DNA of 64,000 nt from an uncultured delta proteobacterium (lineage in GTDB: Bacteria > Desulfobacterota > Desulfomonilia > Desulfomonilales > Desulfomonilaceae): positions 128,001 to 192,000 of the forward strand of contig CAWBKB010000005.1 of assembly GCA_963789265.1 (NCBI GenBank). The letters are read 5' to 3'. Positions 62,791-64,000 of this stretch are shown piece by piece. Positions within the stretch are counted from its first letter, which is position 1; each line of letters begins with the position of its first letter. The notes beneath the pieces are model-generated. The model ran no database searches, was not told the origin of the DNA, and saw only the letters and a list, made by a program, of their open reading frames with translations. Both the position numbers and the translations under genes were made by a program.

Positions 62791-63063
62791 CTAGGCCTGA
62801 CCCACGACGTTGGTGTTGGGGCGAGGACCGGAATTCTCCAGCTTTATCTCTTCGATGATTGACGCAATTTCCGCATGAAGAATTTCCAGTTGCCAATTAA
62901 AATAGATGTCCTCACCAAAGTCCCGAAGTAGCCGCTTCTGAGCGTTTATGTAGTCCCTCGGCGATACCGCGCCTGAAAAAACATGAATGGGATTGATAAG
63001 GGTTGCTATGACCTCTTCTTGCCGTTCTGTGGTCTGCTCTATTTTATCGCTGTTCTGACCCAT
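62791..63063 (-). CDS. Hypothetical protein
   Basis: ATG at 63063 with AAGGAAGG RBS, directly downstream of a sigma54-type promoter. Confidence 0.65.
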   Translation of the reverse strand: MGQNSDKIEQTTERQEEVIATLINPIHVFSGAVSPRDYINAQKRLLRDFGEDIYFNWQLEILHAEIASIIEEIKLENSGPRPNTNVVGQA

Positions 63064-63099
63064 GCTGCCTTCCTTTGTGTTTTTCATGCCCTCTCATTA

Positions 63100-63115
63100 T
63101 GCAACCCAGATGCCA
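63100..63115 (-). promoter_or_regulatory. Putative sigma54 (-24/-12) promoter
   Basis: Minus strand TGGCATCTGGGTTGCA, with exact GG-N10-GC spacing. Confidence 0.65.
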
Positions 63116-63414
63116 AAGCACGGCAAAGCAACAAACAACCCTCATATAGGAGATTTACTGTAATGCCCCTTTGACGACCATGCTTCCAAGCGTTCGGAAT
63201 CGGACACTGCCCCTCTGTGCCTCTGGGCCAAGGACCCAATAAAGACAGAGAGTTACCTGATTGTCCATAATCCGACATGCCTGTCGCATTTCGCGCGATC
63301 AACCACCCCAGCGGAACATTTGACCAATCTTGCCACTTTGAATATAATGACCCCATAAAAAACTGAAAGTTCAAAAAAAAACGAAGAAACTCCTCGTGAA
63401 AGGAATTAAAACCC

Positions 63415-63618
63415 ATGATACCGGGTCCATGGGAATTAATCCTCATTCTTTTTATTGTTGTTGTGCTCTTCGGCGGCAAGAAGATTCCAAAAATCATGGG
63501 TGACGTAGGCAAGGGGATCAACAGCTTCAAAAAAGCCATGAAGTCCGACGAGCCCACGCGCCCTCCGACAGCACAGTCTGACGATGCCTCGAAGAGGACG
63601 ATCAAGTCACAACAGTAG
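63415..63618 (+). CDS. tatA: Twin-arginine translocase subunit TatA/E
   Basis: GPWELILILFIVVVLFGGKKIPKIMGDVGKGINSFKKAM. Confidence 0.93.
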   Translation: MIPGPWELILILFIVVVLFGGKKIPKIMGDVGKGINSFKKAMKSDEPTRPPTAQSDDASKRTIKSQQ

Positions 63619-64000
63619 GCGTCTCATACCAATTCGCCTTCATGCAAGCGACACCGTGTTTCCGGGGGGCTGCCCGCCACATATTGTTCAGGATTGTCAC
63701 TTGTTTGAAGGCGCATGGGTATCAATCCCTAAACCCGGTTCCTATGAAAATCCGTTGCGCACACCACGGAAGCACGGGTTCAGCACTTGTGCGGGAAATC
63801 TTATTCACGCGTCACGAGTTGAACGAGACTGTTCCGGCCTACCCCCGGAAGTAGCATGAATGACGCCGCTGACGGCTTTCTTTGTCGAAAAAACGCGATC
63901 ACTTATTTTACCGAACGGCTACCTCGTTGTCCATGAAAAAGAAAAGTTCCAGTGCAGCCGGGACTGATACTAGCGGCGGAGTTTACCTGTTCTACGGCGA

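Overview
Bacterial chromosomal window, inferred to come from an anaerobic Desulfobacterota (Desulfomonile-like) genome, judging from gene content and repeat style. Core content: class II ribonucleotide reductase, rtcA, murI, pgpA, tilS, tatD, tatA, ctpA, an lpdA-sLpl(AB)-LipT-LipS1-LipS2 alternative lipoate-assembly operon, an SfrBA-like NADPH oxidoreductase followed by a four-gene signalling cluster, a glycosyltransferase/B12-radical-SAM cluster, a 2-hydroxyacyl-CoA dehydratase-like pair and tRNA-Arg(CCG). Accessory content: an IS1182 element with a cognate MITE, a DUF262+HEPN defence-like pair followed by orphan antitoxins, a toxin-antitoxin islet 3' of the tRNA, and several palindromic repeat families. 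The most notable observations are (i) a GIY-YIG nuclease gene enclosed by palindromic GTCATTGCGAG...CTCGCAATGAC repeats, with gene-less copies elsewhere, suggesting an autonomous/non-autonomous mobile pair; (ii) a small secreted Cys-rich ORF missed by the ORF track that has an in-frame TGA followed by a hairpin (selenoprotein candidate); (iii) the LipS1/S2 operon with a Cys-rich extension on the ligase; and (iv) the DUF262-HEPN pair. At least six genes carry single-base +1 insertions, most likely long-read assembly errors, so claims resting on a single base need read-level checking. Family assignments come from motif recognition and recall; no database searches were run.
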